64,000 nucleotides of DNA from Leucoraja erinacea. Lineage: Eukaryota. The stretch lies in assembly GCF_028641065.1 (NCBI RefSeq), contig NC_073384.1:44392001-44456000 (forward strand). The letters run 5' to 3'. The notes under the pieces are model-generated. The model did not search any database. It was not told the DNA's origin and saw nothing but the letters and a program-made list of their open reading frames with translations. Below, piece after piece: positions 1 to 12,746 of the stretch. Position numbers and translations under genes: made by a program. Each line of letters opens with the position of its first letter. Position 1 is the first letter of the stretch.

Positions 1-364
1 CTTTGAAATAATTTCGCGTACTTTGAAATAATTGTTTGCGATTTCCACACTTGTTTAATGTTTAATTATCAAAGATTGGTGAATTTATTTGAAGTTTTTG
101 AATTTCCAGCACATTTGTACTTTGAATAATGATATCTGTAGCATTGTATTATCAGAATTCACTTTAAAGAAGTTCATTGTGGAGATTTCAGCTTTGAAGA
201 TCTTTAACATGACTTTTTTGAGAATGCGTGAAAATGCGAAATTCCAGGATAGATAGATCTATACATTGTTAGATGTTAAAGAAATCAATGGATGTAAGAA
301 AGTGACATTGAGGTAAAAGGTCAGCCTTGCACGTAGTGAATGTGGAAGCAGGCAAGTGGGGCTG

Positions 365-1140
365 AATGTAGGTACAAGAATCTGCAAACGCTATTTTACA
401 CAATAGGACAAAAACTGCCGGAGTATCTCAATGGGTCAGGCAGCATCTCTGGAGAACATGGATAGGTGACGTTTCAGGTCGGGACCCTTCTTCAGGCTGA
501 TTGTAAAGCGAGAGAAAGAAAGCTGGGAGAAAGGAGATGCAGGACAAAGTGTAGCAGGTAATAGGTGGACACAGGCAAAGGGGAGTTTTGATAGGCCAAA
601 CCAACAAAGGCCAAAGATTAAAGGAGAAAGTGTGAGAGGAATGAATAGTTGCAACTTGTGAAGCAGAGGAAGGAATGTAGGAGGAGGGAAAGTGGGAAGG
701 GTGGAATAGGTTCCAATCTAGGTGGGGCAAAGCAGATGGTGAGGAGGGGAGGGCTGTGGGGAAGAAAGGAGGGGGGGGGGATTTCTAAGAGGTCACCTAA
801 AATTGGAGAATTCACTGTTCATACTATTGGGATGTAAACTACGTAAGCAGAATATGAGGTGCTGTTCCTCCAGTTTAAGTGTGGTCTCATTCTGTCAATG
901 GAGGAGGCCCAGGACAGTGTGGTCAGAATGGGAATGGGAAGGGTTGAAATAGTTGGCAACATAGAGATCAAGTAGGATTGACAGACCAAGTGCAAATGCT
1001 CAGCATTGGTTTTTACCCAAACCACACCCCCTTCCCCCTACAACCACAGGAGTTGTAACTCCTGTCTCTATATTTCCCCCCTCATCTCCCATCCAGGGAC
1101 CCCAGCTGTCTTTCCAGGTGAGACAGAGGTTCATGTGCTC
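365..1140 (-). mobile_element. Penelope-like retroelement 3' fragment (GIY-YIG C-terminal remnant plus terminal repeat with hammerhead-like motif), with a short inverted piece at ~1020-1140
   Basis: Reverse complement of ~464-497 gives CTGAAGAAGGGTCCCGACCTGAAACGTC. Bases 840-920 resemble the 'KLEEQHLIF' tail of the Penelope endonuclease also seen at 44840-44870. Confidence 0.7.
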
Positions 1141-2117
1141 TATGTCAGAAGAGGTTAATGAGTTAATCCAGGCCACATCCTGATTGATAGCTGTATCAGC
1201 TATAATGAGAGATTGAAAAAACGTTGTTTTCTTTTATGGTTGGAGTCCATTTTACTGGGTGGAAATATCAAATACTGGATGGCACAGATTTAAGGCAAAA
1301 TGAGAAATATTTAAAACAGATTTGCAAGTTTTTTTTATCATTAAGAATAGAGGTGCTCAAAAGACGCTGTCAGGGAAGGTGATAGAAGCAGATATGATAG
1401 CCCCATTTAAGAGGCCCTTTAGACAGATCAAGACTGTAATAGAGAGATGCAGACCATGTACAAGCAGATAGGAATAGTGTAGATTGGCTTCATGGTCAGT
1501 GCACACCTGGCTGGCCAAAGGACATGTTCCTGTACTGTTCTATGCTCATGATCCAGTTCAAAATGATTATGAAGTACTCAATCTATGTCCTTGCCTAGCT
1601 GTTCATGGTACTGCAAATTCTCAGGTGGTAGGATCAATAATTGTCCATATCTAGCTGTTCTTTAAAAGGTGGTGCTGCCAGTGATACAATCAAGTGACTT
1701 GCTTGGTTACCTCAGAGGGAGACCACACTGGGGTGGAATGCAGTCAAAATATAGTCAAAGGTCATTAGTGAGGCAATTTGGCTATTACAAGAATCCATCT
1801 GCTTCATGGTCACTTTTACCAGTATCAAGAAAGTTAAAGACAATATTTTATGATTTAACTCTTGGTATGTGGATTGCTAAATGACTAAAATAGCCATGGT
1901 GCTATGATATTATAAAATAGCTTTTAATATATCTTGAAAATGTGTCAGTTTATGGGAGAAGTTAATTATATATTCACCGCTGCACATATATTAACATTGT
2001 AACAACAATGCTAGAATTATTACTATTGATAGTAAAATATTGTCCAGTATGATTCCCAAAAATGTTAATTGATAAAGTAATTTTAATAAATGTAATTTTC
2101 ACTTCTCTTTTATGCAG

Positions 2118-2271
2118 AATCAGACAATGTAACAGCTACAGCTGGTTCAAAAGACATCAACTATAACAGATTGGTGATAGGCCTGGTGTTGGGACTAGGA
2201 ATCCCACTACTACTACTTCTGCTTGCTTTATTAGTTTTCTGTTGTTGCATTAGAAGGAGAGTAAAAGCAGA
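2118..2271 (+). CDS. Internal exon of an unidentified type I single-pass membrane protein (transmembrane exon)
   Basis: Acceptor ttctcttttatgcag|, donor |gtaagt. Open frame SDNVTATAGSKDINYNRLVIGLVLGLGIPLLLLLLALLVFCCCIRRRVKA: N-V-T sequon, hydrophobic helix, Cys cluster, basic stop-transfer. Phase 1 in, phase 2 out. Confidence 0.85.
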
Positions 2272-2354
2272 GTAAGTATAATCATGACCTGGAAATTCAT
2301 TCTCATAATTCCAAAGAGAAAGATTGCAGTGCAACTAAAAATTGGCTCAATCTG

Positions 2355-2652
2355 AAACATAGAAACATAGAAAATAGGTGCAGGAGTAGGCCATTCGGCT
2401 CTTCGAGCCTGCACTGCCATTCAATATGATCATGGCTGATCATCCAACTCAGTATCCTGTTCCTGCCTTCTCTCCATACCCCCTGATCCCTTTCGCCACA
2501 AGGGCCACATCCAACTCCCCCTTAAATATAGCCAATGAACTGGCCTCAACTACCTTCTGCGGGAGAGAATTCCAGAGATTCACCACTCTCTGTGTGAAAA
2601 AAGTTTTCCTCATCTCAGTCCTAAAAGATTTCCCCTTTATCCTTAAACTGTG
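2355..2652 (-). mobile_element. CR1 LINE 3' end
   Basis: Minus ORF HSLRIKGKSFRTEMRKTFFTQRVVNLWNSLP is the CR1 ORF2 C-terminus; (TTTCTATG)n tail. Confidence 0.9.
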
Positions 2653-3299
2653 ACAGTTACAGTAACTGTTACAGGAAGTTTGCATACATTTCCAGCTGTC
2701 TATGCATCCACTGTGAAATATGACTTCTGAGATTTCACAATATTCTAATTTCCCCTAGCCCATTTTTTTTCAGTGTAAAATTCCCCCAAAAATATAATTA
2801 GTACTTCAACAGAAATACACGGATCTCATCATAGAATAACCAGATTAGTTCAACTGAATCTTGCTTTTTAAAGTGCCTGCAGTTTTTGTCCTCACTGATA
2901 TTTGTGACCCTCTTAAATACTCTTCATATTCTTCATTATCTTCTTTGCCTGTAGAGATCAAGGTCACAGTTACTCTTAAGTGTTCCAGCCTCAAGATCAT
3001 TGCAGGTTTCCACTGCTGAACTCTGCTCCACTTTACAGTTTGTGATATATTGTTTCATTAGGAACATAATCTTAATTCTACACTCTAGAAGAGAAAATTA
3101 CACCTACTCCTCCTCTAGACTAAAAGAGTAGACAAAATAGGAAACTTCTTTGGTGTTTAAGTATGGAGTAAAGAACTAGCAAAGTATGTAAAGGATAAGA
3201 GATAGTAATGCTTTTTAAAAAAACAGATATACATTGATCAAGTTCATGTCCTTGCTGAGACCTCCCTGGCAATCCCGAGCTGGAGCACCTGGAACTGTA

Positions 3300-3471
3300 G
3301 ATAGACATAAAGTGCTGGAGTAACTCAGTGGGTCAGGCAGCATCCCTGGAGAAAATGAATAGGTGACGTTTTGGGTGAGAACCATTCTTCACCTATTCAC
3401 ATCGCCTGACCTGCTCAGTTAATCCAACATTTTGTGTCTATCTTCGGTGACCAGTTCCTTCCTACATAACC
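3300..3471. mobile_element. Short fold-back Penelope-derived element
   Basis: Two inverted copies of the 'agacacaaagtgctggagtaactcag...ggcagcatc' terminal repeat; flanking duplication GGAACTGTA at 3291-3299 and 3472-3480. Confidence 0.65.
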
Positions 3472-4605
3472 GGAACTGTAACCTTGCTAGCATTACTCCT
3501 CATCAGCTTGACCTGTGCGATAAATTGTGAGATAAACAATACTCATATCTCTGAAACCACCACATTTAAGATGGATCCAGGATTAATTATCAAATGAAAG
3601 CAATTTGGAATTCATAGCTTTAACACAGTTGTGAAATTATAGTTCTTAAACTGCGAAAAATATAATAATCCAGTATATGTCATGTGGTACTTGAATTATG
3701 CACAGGTCTCAATAGCATTTATACTGTAGGTACAAATTCTCAAATGAAAACTTGAAAGGAAATGTATAGTTAACAGAGTGAAAATAAGGTATGTGAAGTA
3801 TGGGGGGAAAAAGGGGGAAAGTGTTTAGATTAGGGTATCAAAGGCACGATCAAAAAAAGAGAATTTAGAGGATGCTTTTGAATGGATTGACGAAACCTGT
3901 TATCCAGAAGCAAATTTAGCCCATCAAATAGAACATTTATAAATAGTTAAACAACATTTGGAATTTTGAGGTGCAAAGGTAGAGTTTGATGCGCCTGTGT
4001 GCTTAAGAAGAAGGTCCTGTTCTTGAGGAACTGTCATTAAAATACAGCATGTACTTGATAAAGTTGAGAGGAGAAATCTTTATCAATGATGCAACGAATG
4101 TGCCGTATTATAGTACCAGAGAATCATGATAGGGTAGATTCTGAAAGTGGACGCTAGAAGGGGGACAACGGCGAAGGAATTACTCAGATTTCTAAAGCAA
4201 ATATATTCCCTACTGTACAATTATTACCAAAGGAAATACATTCAGTACTGTACAATTATAGAACCATTTAAAATGCGCAATATCTGAAATATAACGTAAA
4301 TTATAAAACATTACATATTATTTCATAGTCATAGCATCATCCAGCACGAAAAAAAACATGCCCTTCGGCCCAACTCATCCAAGCCGACCAAGATGCACCG
4401 TCTAAGCTAGTCCTTTTTCCCATGTTTGGCCCATATCCCCCTAAACCTTCCTATGCATTTACCTGTCCAAGTGTCTTTGGACAGGTTCAACAGCCAGTAG
4501 GTTCTAAAGGCATATGATAATGTCATTCTCTAATTCATTTTATATGATCTGCTATTTAATCTAATTGGAAAAGTAAGATGTTTTCCATTTCCATTGTGTT
4601 TACAG

Positions 4606-4714
4606 CATCGCTTCAACAGCAAATGGGTGTGTACATCAAGGGAAATCGTTACAGCCTGATTATCATGTTAAAACTCCTGTTTATAATGTACATCATCTAC
4701 CTTCATATATATAA
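4606..4714 (+). CDS. Terminal exon (cytoplasmic tail) of the same membrane protein
   Basis: Acceptor ttgtgtttacag|, phase-compatible with the 2271 donor. Reads (D)IASTANGCVHQGKSLQPDYHVKTPVYNVHHLPSYI*, stop TAA 4712-4714. AATAAA at 4763 and 4876. Confidence 0.7.
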
Positions 4715-6279
4715 GATACAGCATGCAGATACACCTGAAGAAACTTGAATATGTTCTATGGAAATAAATAATAAAGATTATATAATAATGAAAATATTTA
4801 GGTGTTATATGTAACCTTTTCATGTATATGTTTACAATATGGGACAGAGTACTTATCAACTGAAACATTTAGATAAATAAAGCAATTACTTCCAACCTGT
4901 GTGTGTTATGGACCTTCTGAAAATATTAAATGATTCTTGTGAACCTCCATTCAATCTGAGATTAGTCTCAGTGGCCATTACAACATAGAATTTCACAGAT
5001 GACTTTTACCTGCATCTTTGTTCAAGCTGCCCTTTCAAATATATAGGTACTAGATGTCATTCCTCTGGGATCCTGTTTCCCTTTTCATTTTTAGATAATC
5101 TGTTCTGCAGTAAAATCATAGAATATTTTGCAAATATTTCCATTTGTTTACCAGCCTAATTCTATCAGAAATATAATTTCCTTGATTTGCATTGTATTTG
5201 TTATCAAATTAAGATAATGTTCTATCGAGCCAATCTAGTTTAATTGTTTAAGTTTTTAGTCATCAATAATTCACAAAAGTTTAGGTTTAGCAGAACCTTT
5301 TAACTTACTGTGAAAGCATTAAGTCATGTGCAATCCAATATCTATATTAAAAAAAGCTTTTTCTATCTGCCGCAATGTTTGCATGCCATCTGACTAATGT
5401 CATCATTCTTTCTCCAAGTTTACAGACAGATTTTGTAACTTTCTAATTCTAATGTAACTTTCTAATGTTTATCTATTATTGTTTAATTTTGTGAAAATTT
5501 GAAGGTATGTACATTTCACAGCCTCCATTTTAATTATCTCCAATATAAGTAACAAAGTGTTATTTTAGACTTGATTTTGTTTGTCTTTTCTTGTCCCAAT
5601 TGCTCCCGTTCTGATGTTACGTGTGCTTTGACATTGCACAATCCTGGTAAAGCATAATAAACTGTTGATGTACAGCGGGTCAATAAACGTTTTATTCAAG
5701 AGTAAACTTTACTCACGCATAAAATCCACCGCATTATATACCAACGAATGGTTCATACATGAAGTAAGTACCATTCTTGAGTTTCACACGGGGGAATGCA
5801 CAACTGAAATTGGGGAAGACCAAGTCCTAGGGTTGTGGTCATGGGTGAGAGATCTGGTAGAGGGATGAATGGGTGTAGGTCAGATTTGATGCAGAGTTTG
5901 AGGGCTGGGCTGGTAAAAGGAACAGGCCGGAAATTTGTAAAGGGGCTCAGGCTGGTGAAAGGTTGAGAGGGGGGAGGCATAAATAATTTGTATATTGCCA
6001 TAGAATTTGAATACATCATAGTCACTCCCAGCAAAGTTGATGTTGCAAAATCTTTGAAACAAATATCTCTTAATGGGAAATTGGATAAACTGTTGAACAG
6101 GCCAGTAAGTAAAAATATATATATTTTACTCACACATTCTGGCCTTACAAACAATGTTTCATGCATTATAATCGCTGGGTTCATTATATCCTATTGGCAG
6201 GATAGATGCGCCACAGGTGGTGGTGCACTGTTGAAACAGGCAGGAGGAACTAACCTTGAGGGTCCTCTACGGTAGACAG

Positions 6280-7480
6280 GCAAGAATCTCCTGATACTAC
6301 GTACAGCCCTTCCCCAACTGATAGATCAGTGTTCCTCAAACTTGAACAATATTTGGAAGAAGCAGTGAAAGTAGCACATCATTTACTCTGGTTAGACTAG
6401 AGCACGTCAAGTCTTATAGCCAAGAGCATCTTCATATCATTTTCATTATCTAAGCTGGCTGAGTCCTATAGAAATAGCTGCCAAGCTGCGCCTGCAACAA
6501 GTAGTGAGTCTGGGTGGAGTGACACCTTGGGTCTTGTCATGTCTTCACATCAGGAACTGCTCCGTGGCGTTCTGTGATACTCGCAATCTGCTGAATGTTT
6601 CAAAAATTTGGTAGATCAAAATTGGGCATCTATGTGATGCCGTGGACATCAGCAGAAACATAAATGTACACAATCACTATCTAAATCTAGGTCTGGAACA
6701 CCTCTCTATCATAACAATCACAAAAGGCAACAAACCTGGCTCAATGCAGACCAGTATGGTAGGTACAGCAACAGGCATCTAAAAATAACATGCTGACCTG
6801 GCAATGCTGCACCACAGCACCACATACGCTATAAACTACAAAAACAGCACGACATTGACAACGTTTAGACTTTTTAGACTTTCGAGATACAGCGCTGAAA
6901 CAGGCCCTTTGGCCCACCGAGTCCGTGCCGACCAGCCATCACCCAGTATACTAACAGTATCCTACACACTAGGGACAATTTACAAGTTTAGCAAAACCAG
7001 TTAACTTATAAACCTGTATGTCTTTGGTGCGTGGGAGGAAAATCGAGCACCCAGAGAAAATCCACGCGGTCACAGGGTGAACGTAAAAACTCTGTACAGA
7101 CAGCACGTGTGGTGTGGAATGAACCTGGGTCTCTGGTGCTGTAAGGCAGCTGATCCACTGCTACATCGCTGTGTTGCCCGTTATACGATTCCTCAACCAA
7201 TGAATCAGATCAAAGTTCAGAAGAATTGGCAGATCAATTTATGAATGATGGTGGAAGATTATAGAGCTAACAGGAGAAAAATAATCAAAAAATTATCCCA
7301 ATAATCCCAATACTCTCCGAGCACTGCATGTCAGTGATAAGGACAGAGCTAAAGTATTCGTAACCATACTCAGCCAGAAACGTTGAGTGGAAGATACCCT
7401 ACCATCATGAAAGTCAGTTTTCAGTCCAATTCAATTCACATTATGTGATATCAAAGATCTTCCTGCCATTATAAGATCTG
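6280..7480 (+). mobile_element. Old degenerate LINE remnant interrupted by a V-SINE
   Basis: Degenerate LINE-like coding texture on both sides of the SINE at 6864-7180; no intact ORF. Confidence 0.4.
6864..7180 (-). mobile_element. tRNA-derived V-SINE (HE1-like)
   Basis: Reverse complement shows a tRNA-like head (gctgccttacagcaccagagacccaggttcattcc), a V-domain (gtggattttctctgggtgctcgattttcctcccac) and a short tandem-repeat tail. Confidence 0.8.
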
Positions 7481-10400
7481 AAGGGGGAATATTGACCAAT
7501 GATTGTACAATTTTCAATTCGATTGGCAACTTCTTGAGGAATTAAATAAAAACAAATAATGCTCAAAACACTCAGCAGATCAGGGAGCATTTGTGGACAA
7601 AGAAGCAGTCAACATTTCAGGTCAAAGACCAATCTGAAGAAGATAAAATAACTTAGTATCAATCTGCTTGGAGGTTGGGTTGGGATGGTAGGATAAAGGG
7701 GATATCTCTAATACGATGAGACCAGGATTGCTGATTGATAAGCTGTAAATGTGATACTCAAAATGCTGTGAGCAACATTCTATTTATACACAAGTATTTC
7801 AGTGTCTCTGTGATCACTATGCCTATAGATCACCATGATCACATATGACTACATATTACTATCATAATAACCCTTATCCATAATAACCCTCATCCATCCA
7901 ATCACTTTTTGTATTCATAGGTCCATTACATCGGATTAGTTCATTCAGTATCTTCTTTCCTACTGTGTGTCATTACTTTTCTCTTGACTTGCTTAGTCAT
8001 TTTTGCTTCAGTGGTTTCTTTGTGAAAACAGGGACAATGCATCTATTCAGTATCCCATCCGTTCCAGTATAATCCCCAGTAAATTTAGTTTATTTATTAC
8101 TTAATTCAGGACAAGGAGATTGCATTATTGAGAGTGTTCTAATATATGTTCATTGTGTGTATATGTATAACTGGAGGTTGTTGGTAAATCGGTAACAACT
8201 CTGAATATAAAACGTTATTCTGAAATAACTTACTTAAACAAAAGTGTAGAAATTTATACAATGCAATCATTTACTTTGTAACCAGGATCCAAACTGTAGT
8301 CAATGAAATGGGTCCAGCATGACATCACACATTAGACAAGAGAGATTTTCTTTGAAATAATCCAACTGAAAGATGATATATTTATGGATTATTATTTTTT
8401 TAATTAATGTGCCCCACTTTATAACAGAGGAACCAATGTTGTTTTTCACTACCTTGTTCATATCAGTTTTACAAAATGTAGCAAATGCTTGGCATAAAAT
8501 ACATTATTCCTAACAAGGAACATTTGTAGGGAGGGAATTCTTCAAAACTGTTACTGTAGTTAAAAGTGTGGATGCAAACTCATTTATAGTTTATAGTTCT
8601 ATAAAGATATCAAATGTGAAATTGAAAAACATCCTGCTGTAATTTAGGGTGAGCTCGAGTAGGCAGCGGCTGAGGTGAGCAGCAAACTGATCTAATGTTG
8701 TCAATGGAAGACTGAAGAAATAAATCCCTGGCCTTGTTTACATGCTCCCAATCAATTTCCCACTAGAACTGGAACTGAGCAGCAGGCAATGAAATGGGTG
8801 GCAGGGAATTGCTGCAATTCCTGGTTTTTGGCTAGTGAATGGATTATGGGATAGTCTCACATTTTGGGAGAGGGAATGGAAAACCCGAGGTAATGACCAC
8901 ATAAAGCATCATTATTTTTTTCCTGGGGAAAGAAGAAACATGTACCTGTCTGAGCTTCTCCCATTTCTAAAATTATTTTCAGCTAACTTCACTTGTGAAA
9001 AAAACGCAATCTCTCTCAGGCTGGTTGGCTGGAATATTATATATTTGAACCATTGCTGTGACTAATTAATAGCAGAGGTCCATTTTATCTGTGTATAAAA
9101 TTAAAGTCTGTGGGAAGATTGTGGTGGGATGTTGAATGGGTTCTTCCTCTGAGCTAGTTACATTTTTCGGTTTAATTAGCTGCATTTTAGTTGATTTGAA
9201 TACCCTGGCAGCTAAAATCTCCAAATGATACACATGCTTATCGAGAAAACTTGACCAATCTTATCCTTTTGTTACAGCACCGGGAGAAAAACAAGGTTGA
9301 GGGTTATAGTGCTTAAAAACTTTAGATAACTATTGCACCCACTACTCCAGAAATTTTAAATAACAAGGACAGTAGAATCCAGAATACAACCTGCACTGTA
9401 AAACTGATTCAAACAAATATTTCTGACATCTTAATGTGCTGGTTACTTGGTTGGGACTAGTGGAAATTTAATTTATTTAACAATATTTTGCGGCCATGAT
9501 CAGCCCAGTATTACCAGATAAAAATAAGCTAAAATTCTTTCTTCCTACAGATAGAAATGTTCAGGTTACTGAAACTAAAGTCTCTGGAGCTAATCTAGAA
9601 GCAAGTTGAATGCTGTGAAAGTAACACCATAAGCTTCTATAAAAGAATTAGTTGCGCCAAATTTATACTATCCTTTATAATGTCCTGTTCTTTTTTGAAG
9701 AGTTGAGTGATTACATTGAAAAATAAGACAGAAAAGTGGAAAGTGGTCCCGTTGCTGCAGTCAAGAATATATTAATGATACGTAAGGTAATCAGGTAATA
9801 AGGTCTCCTTTTAAGTGTTCTAGAAAAAAATATTTTGAGGACAATGCTTAAAAGGTACACTTGAAAGATAATAGTCATTTCTGATAATCACTTAAGCTGG
9901 TCAAATGGGGTTTTTGGAATAACAGTTAAGTCCAGGTTTCAAATGTGACTTGCCTTTCCTGAAAGTTGATCCATGTACTTAGTTTTGCATCAAATATCAA
10001 AGATATTTATATAAAGGATTTTATTTTTTGGCCCTTGGTTTTGCGCTTTGCCTCTGCCGAAATAATATCCGACTTAAAGCTGCCACAAATGATGCGTGCA
10101 GATCTATGCAGTTCCTTTTACTAATGGATACTGAATAAAAAGCTGTATTGATGTTCTTAGGAGTTAGAATATGTGCAGAAAGGTCACCTACGTGTAGGGG
10201 CGCCAAAATTTTGCTGCAGCGTCTTTGTAAGCGCCACTTTAAAGTAGCCTAGTATTGACATATTCTTTCCAGATGAATTTACACAGAGTTTTACTATTTC
10301 AGGTACAATGCAAGCATGATATATATTTGCCTGCCTAGCTGGGAAGAATACAAAAAGGTGTTGCTGAAGACAGTCACTGAAGAGAGCAATAGAAGAGCGA

Positions 10401-10715
10401 TACCATAATTTAGATGGAATATACAGAATAAGAAGTCCATTTAAGGCACTGGTTTTATACCTATATTTATACTCCTTCCTCCCTAGTTCAACGAATCATG
10501 AGCTTAAATTGTTTTAATTCTATCAGTGGATTTTTCATATAATTTACATGAGCCCCTTGCCTCCATTCCACAGCAAAGTATCATGTTCAGCTTTAGCATC
10601 ACTGCTGGCCAAAGATACTAGAGCAAGAGCAAGATAGACCATTCGGCGAAAAAGCCGTAGTAGGTCATGGGTAAATTTTAACGGCATCTTAGTAACCTGC
10701 TTCACGATTAGCGCC

Positions 10716-12456
10716 ATGGCGCCCACATTTACAACCACAAGCTCAGCTTACTGTTCTGCTATAAATTGCTCAAATCGCCAAAGTAGACAACCCCACCTAT
10801 CTTTCTTCAGGTTCCCCAATAACAAAGAAAGGTGAGAAAAAATTATCTGTCGCTATTATTCTGTTGTGAAAATATTATTTTCTGTTCTCCCATCAATGGT
10901 CATGGGGAAATTAGGTTTGTCGGTACATGAGAAAGTTATTAGAAAGTTTTTAAAAAATAGATCTAGGCTTACCACAATAATAAAGTTATCAATTTTTACA
11001 CTGCTGTACATTTTTGGTTTTGTTCCTGTTGTAAGGCATGCATGCTAGTGTAAGAAGATTTTAATAAGCTCTTCTATATTTAAGGTAAATTGACATATTA
11101 GAGGAAAAATGCATCTTCAATATACAGGTCTCTCCCCACCACTGAAAACAATTGCACTTAAGTGATATATCGCCCATTCTGCAGGTATGTAGCTATAATC
11201 AAATTTGTCCTTATAAGTTAATCCTATTTGATATTTTCTGTAATTTCAGATGTCGACAGTGGGTCCAGCATACTCGTCGATAAGGTCTCCTACACCGAAC
11301 TCCGGTGTACTTGTCAAACAACTGCCGTCTTTGTTCTGAACACTTCGAACTTGACCAGTTTTCCAACAAGCAGACCAAGAACAGGCTAAATTGGAATGCA
11401 GTTCCAACGTTCTTTGACATCCCTAACCCGCCGAAACGTCTGTCTTCCCAACGCAGGTTACTCAAGAGAAAGAATGAGAACCTATCCTCACCAAAGCCTT
11501 CAAAGCAGCAAAGAGGTAGGCCTATTTGCAAGTATTTTTTTTCCCTTTTAAAATAACATTTATTTTCTCACTTTGGCAAAATTACAAATTTGCATACTAA
11601 CTGATACAATTGGAAATGGTACAATATGTAATAGCATGTATGGCACTTCTATTTTCATTTGTGAAATGTTCACAAAACTATAATCACACATAAGGCCACT
11701 TGGTGTAGGTTAATAGAATGTGCACTGTATTTAAACATCCATTTAAAACTTCCTCAAGCATAATTTAGACAACATTTAAATGATTTAATGGGACTTCAAA
11801 AAATCAAGATCATGATTTTCTTTTGGTAGACTGAAATTGGTGCATCACATCTATTTTAAATGATAATTAGTAGTAGATGCTGCTTTATTTACATGTATGC
11901 TAAATTTATTTAATTTGTATACTTCTCATTTTCCCCCCCTTCTCATTTTTTTTTGTCTTGGCAGTGTCACACAACGTACAGGCCGGACATTGTTACTGTT
12001 TAGCTGCAGACCAAATTCATGAGAATGAGCCCAGCAGTGTTTCTCCAACTCCTGATGCACATGATCTAAAATTCACCCCAAAATGTAAATGACAGCAGAG
12101 CTCTGAAGAAGGAAAGACAGCGTACTTTCCGCCTCAAAAAAAAAGTACAACAGATTAAACTAACAATGGAAAGGGATACTAAAGAAAGAAAAACAATTAG
12201 TGACTTGATCAGAGGAGCTGGTGAATTTTTACAAGAACCAGCACGGTCTTTCTTTGTGTCATAATTGCGGAATGCGTCAGGACGTAGAAGAGCAAAAGGA
12301 AGACGATGGAGTTATTCAGACAAGGTAGTTGCCTTGTCCCTCTACCATCAGATTGCCTTTATGGTTTATGTACATCATCTGAGAAATAGAATAAAGAGAG
12401 AAATAGAGCATTGCCTTAAATCAAAGTTGCTTCTGATCCATGAGAAGGAACTTTGA
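10716..12456 (+). pseudogene. Spliced THAP-domain P-element transposase pseudogene (exons 10716-10831, 11250-11515, 11965-~12456)
   Basis: Kozak gcgccATGG. MAPTFTTTSSAYCSAINCSN..LSFFRFP|RCRQWVQHTRR*..RLCSEHF..NAVPTFF gives the C2CH THAP motif and AVPTIF-like box. Exon 3 has GRRWSYSDKVVALSLYH, typical of the P-transposase N-terminal region. Introns are GT-AG and phase-compatible. In-frame TAA at 11281-11283, frameshift near 12090, stop near 12262. Confidence 0.88.
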
Positions 12457-12746
12457 AATCTATTTATCTCTATCTTACGTTTATATATTATTATATATTT
12501 ATATATAATAAGTTAAATTTGTGCATAGTGTGTGTTAGAGCAATACAAGGGAAACTGCACAAAAGACAGGGATGGGGAAGGATGGGAGGGAAATGGGCAG
12601 AAACAGATAGATTAAGCAGGGGGAAAACATTTTAAAAGAAAATTAACAAAATATGTGAATTGATAGATGAGCTATATCACACACGTACTGTTCCCCTACA
12701 ACACTGATTACACTGCGAGAGGCATAACGGAAGTCAGGTTGAAAAT

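Noticed and set aside
6864-7180. tRNA genes in SINE heads (also 47902 and 58733)
   Set aside because: Degenerate tRNA-derived SINE heads with no complete cloverleaf.
9998-10020. CAAAGAT as an alternative left end of the P element
   Set aside because: Similarity stops after ~8 nt and there is no matching TSD; 10610 fits both TIR and TSD.
10303-10410. Possible exon (YNASMIYICLPSWEEYKKV...)
   Set aside because: No recognisable homology or partner exons.
10716-11515. Functional host THAP gene (THAP12/THAP9)
   Set aside because: In-frame stop inside the THAP domain, downstream frameshift, and enclosure by TIRs and a TSD.
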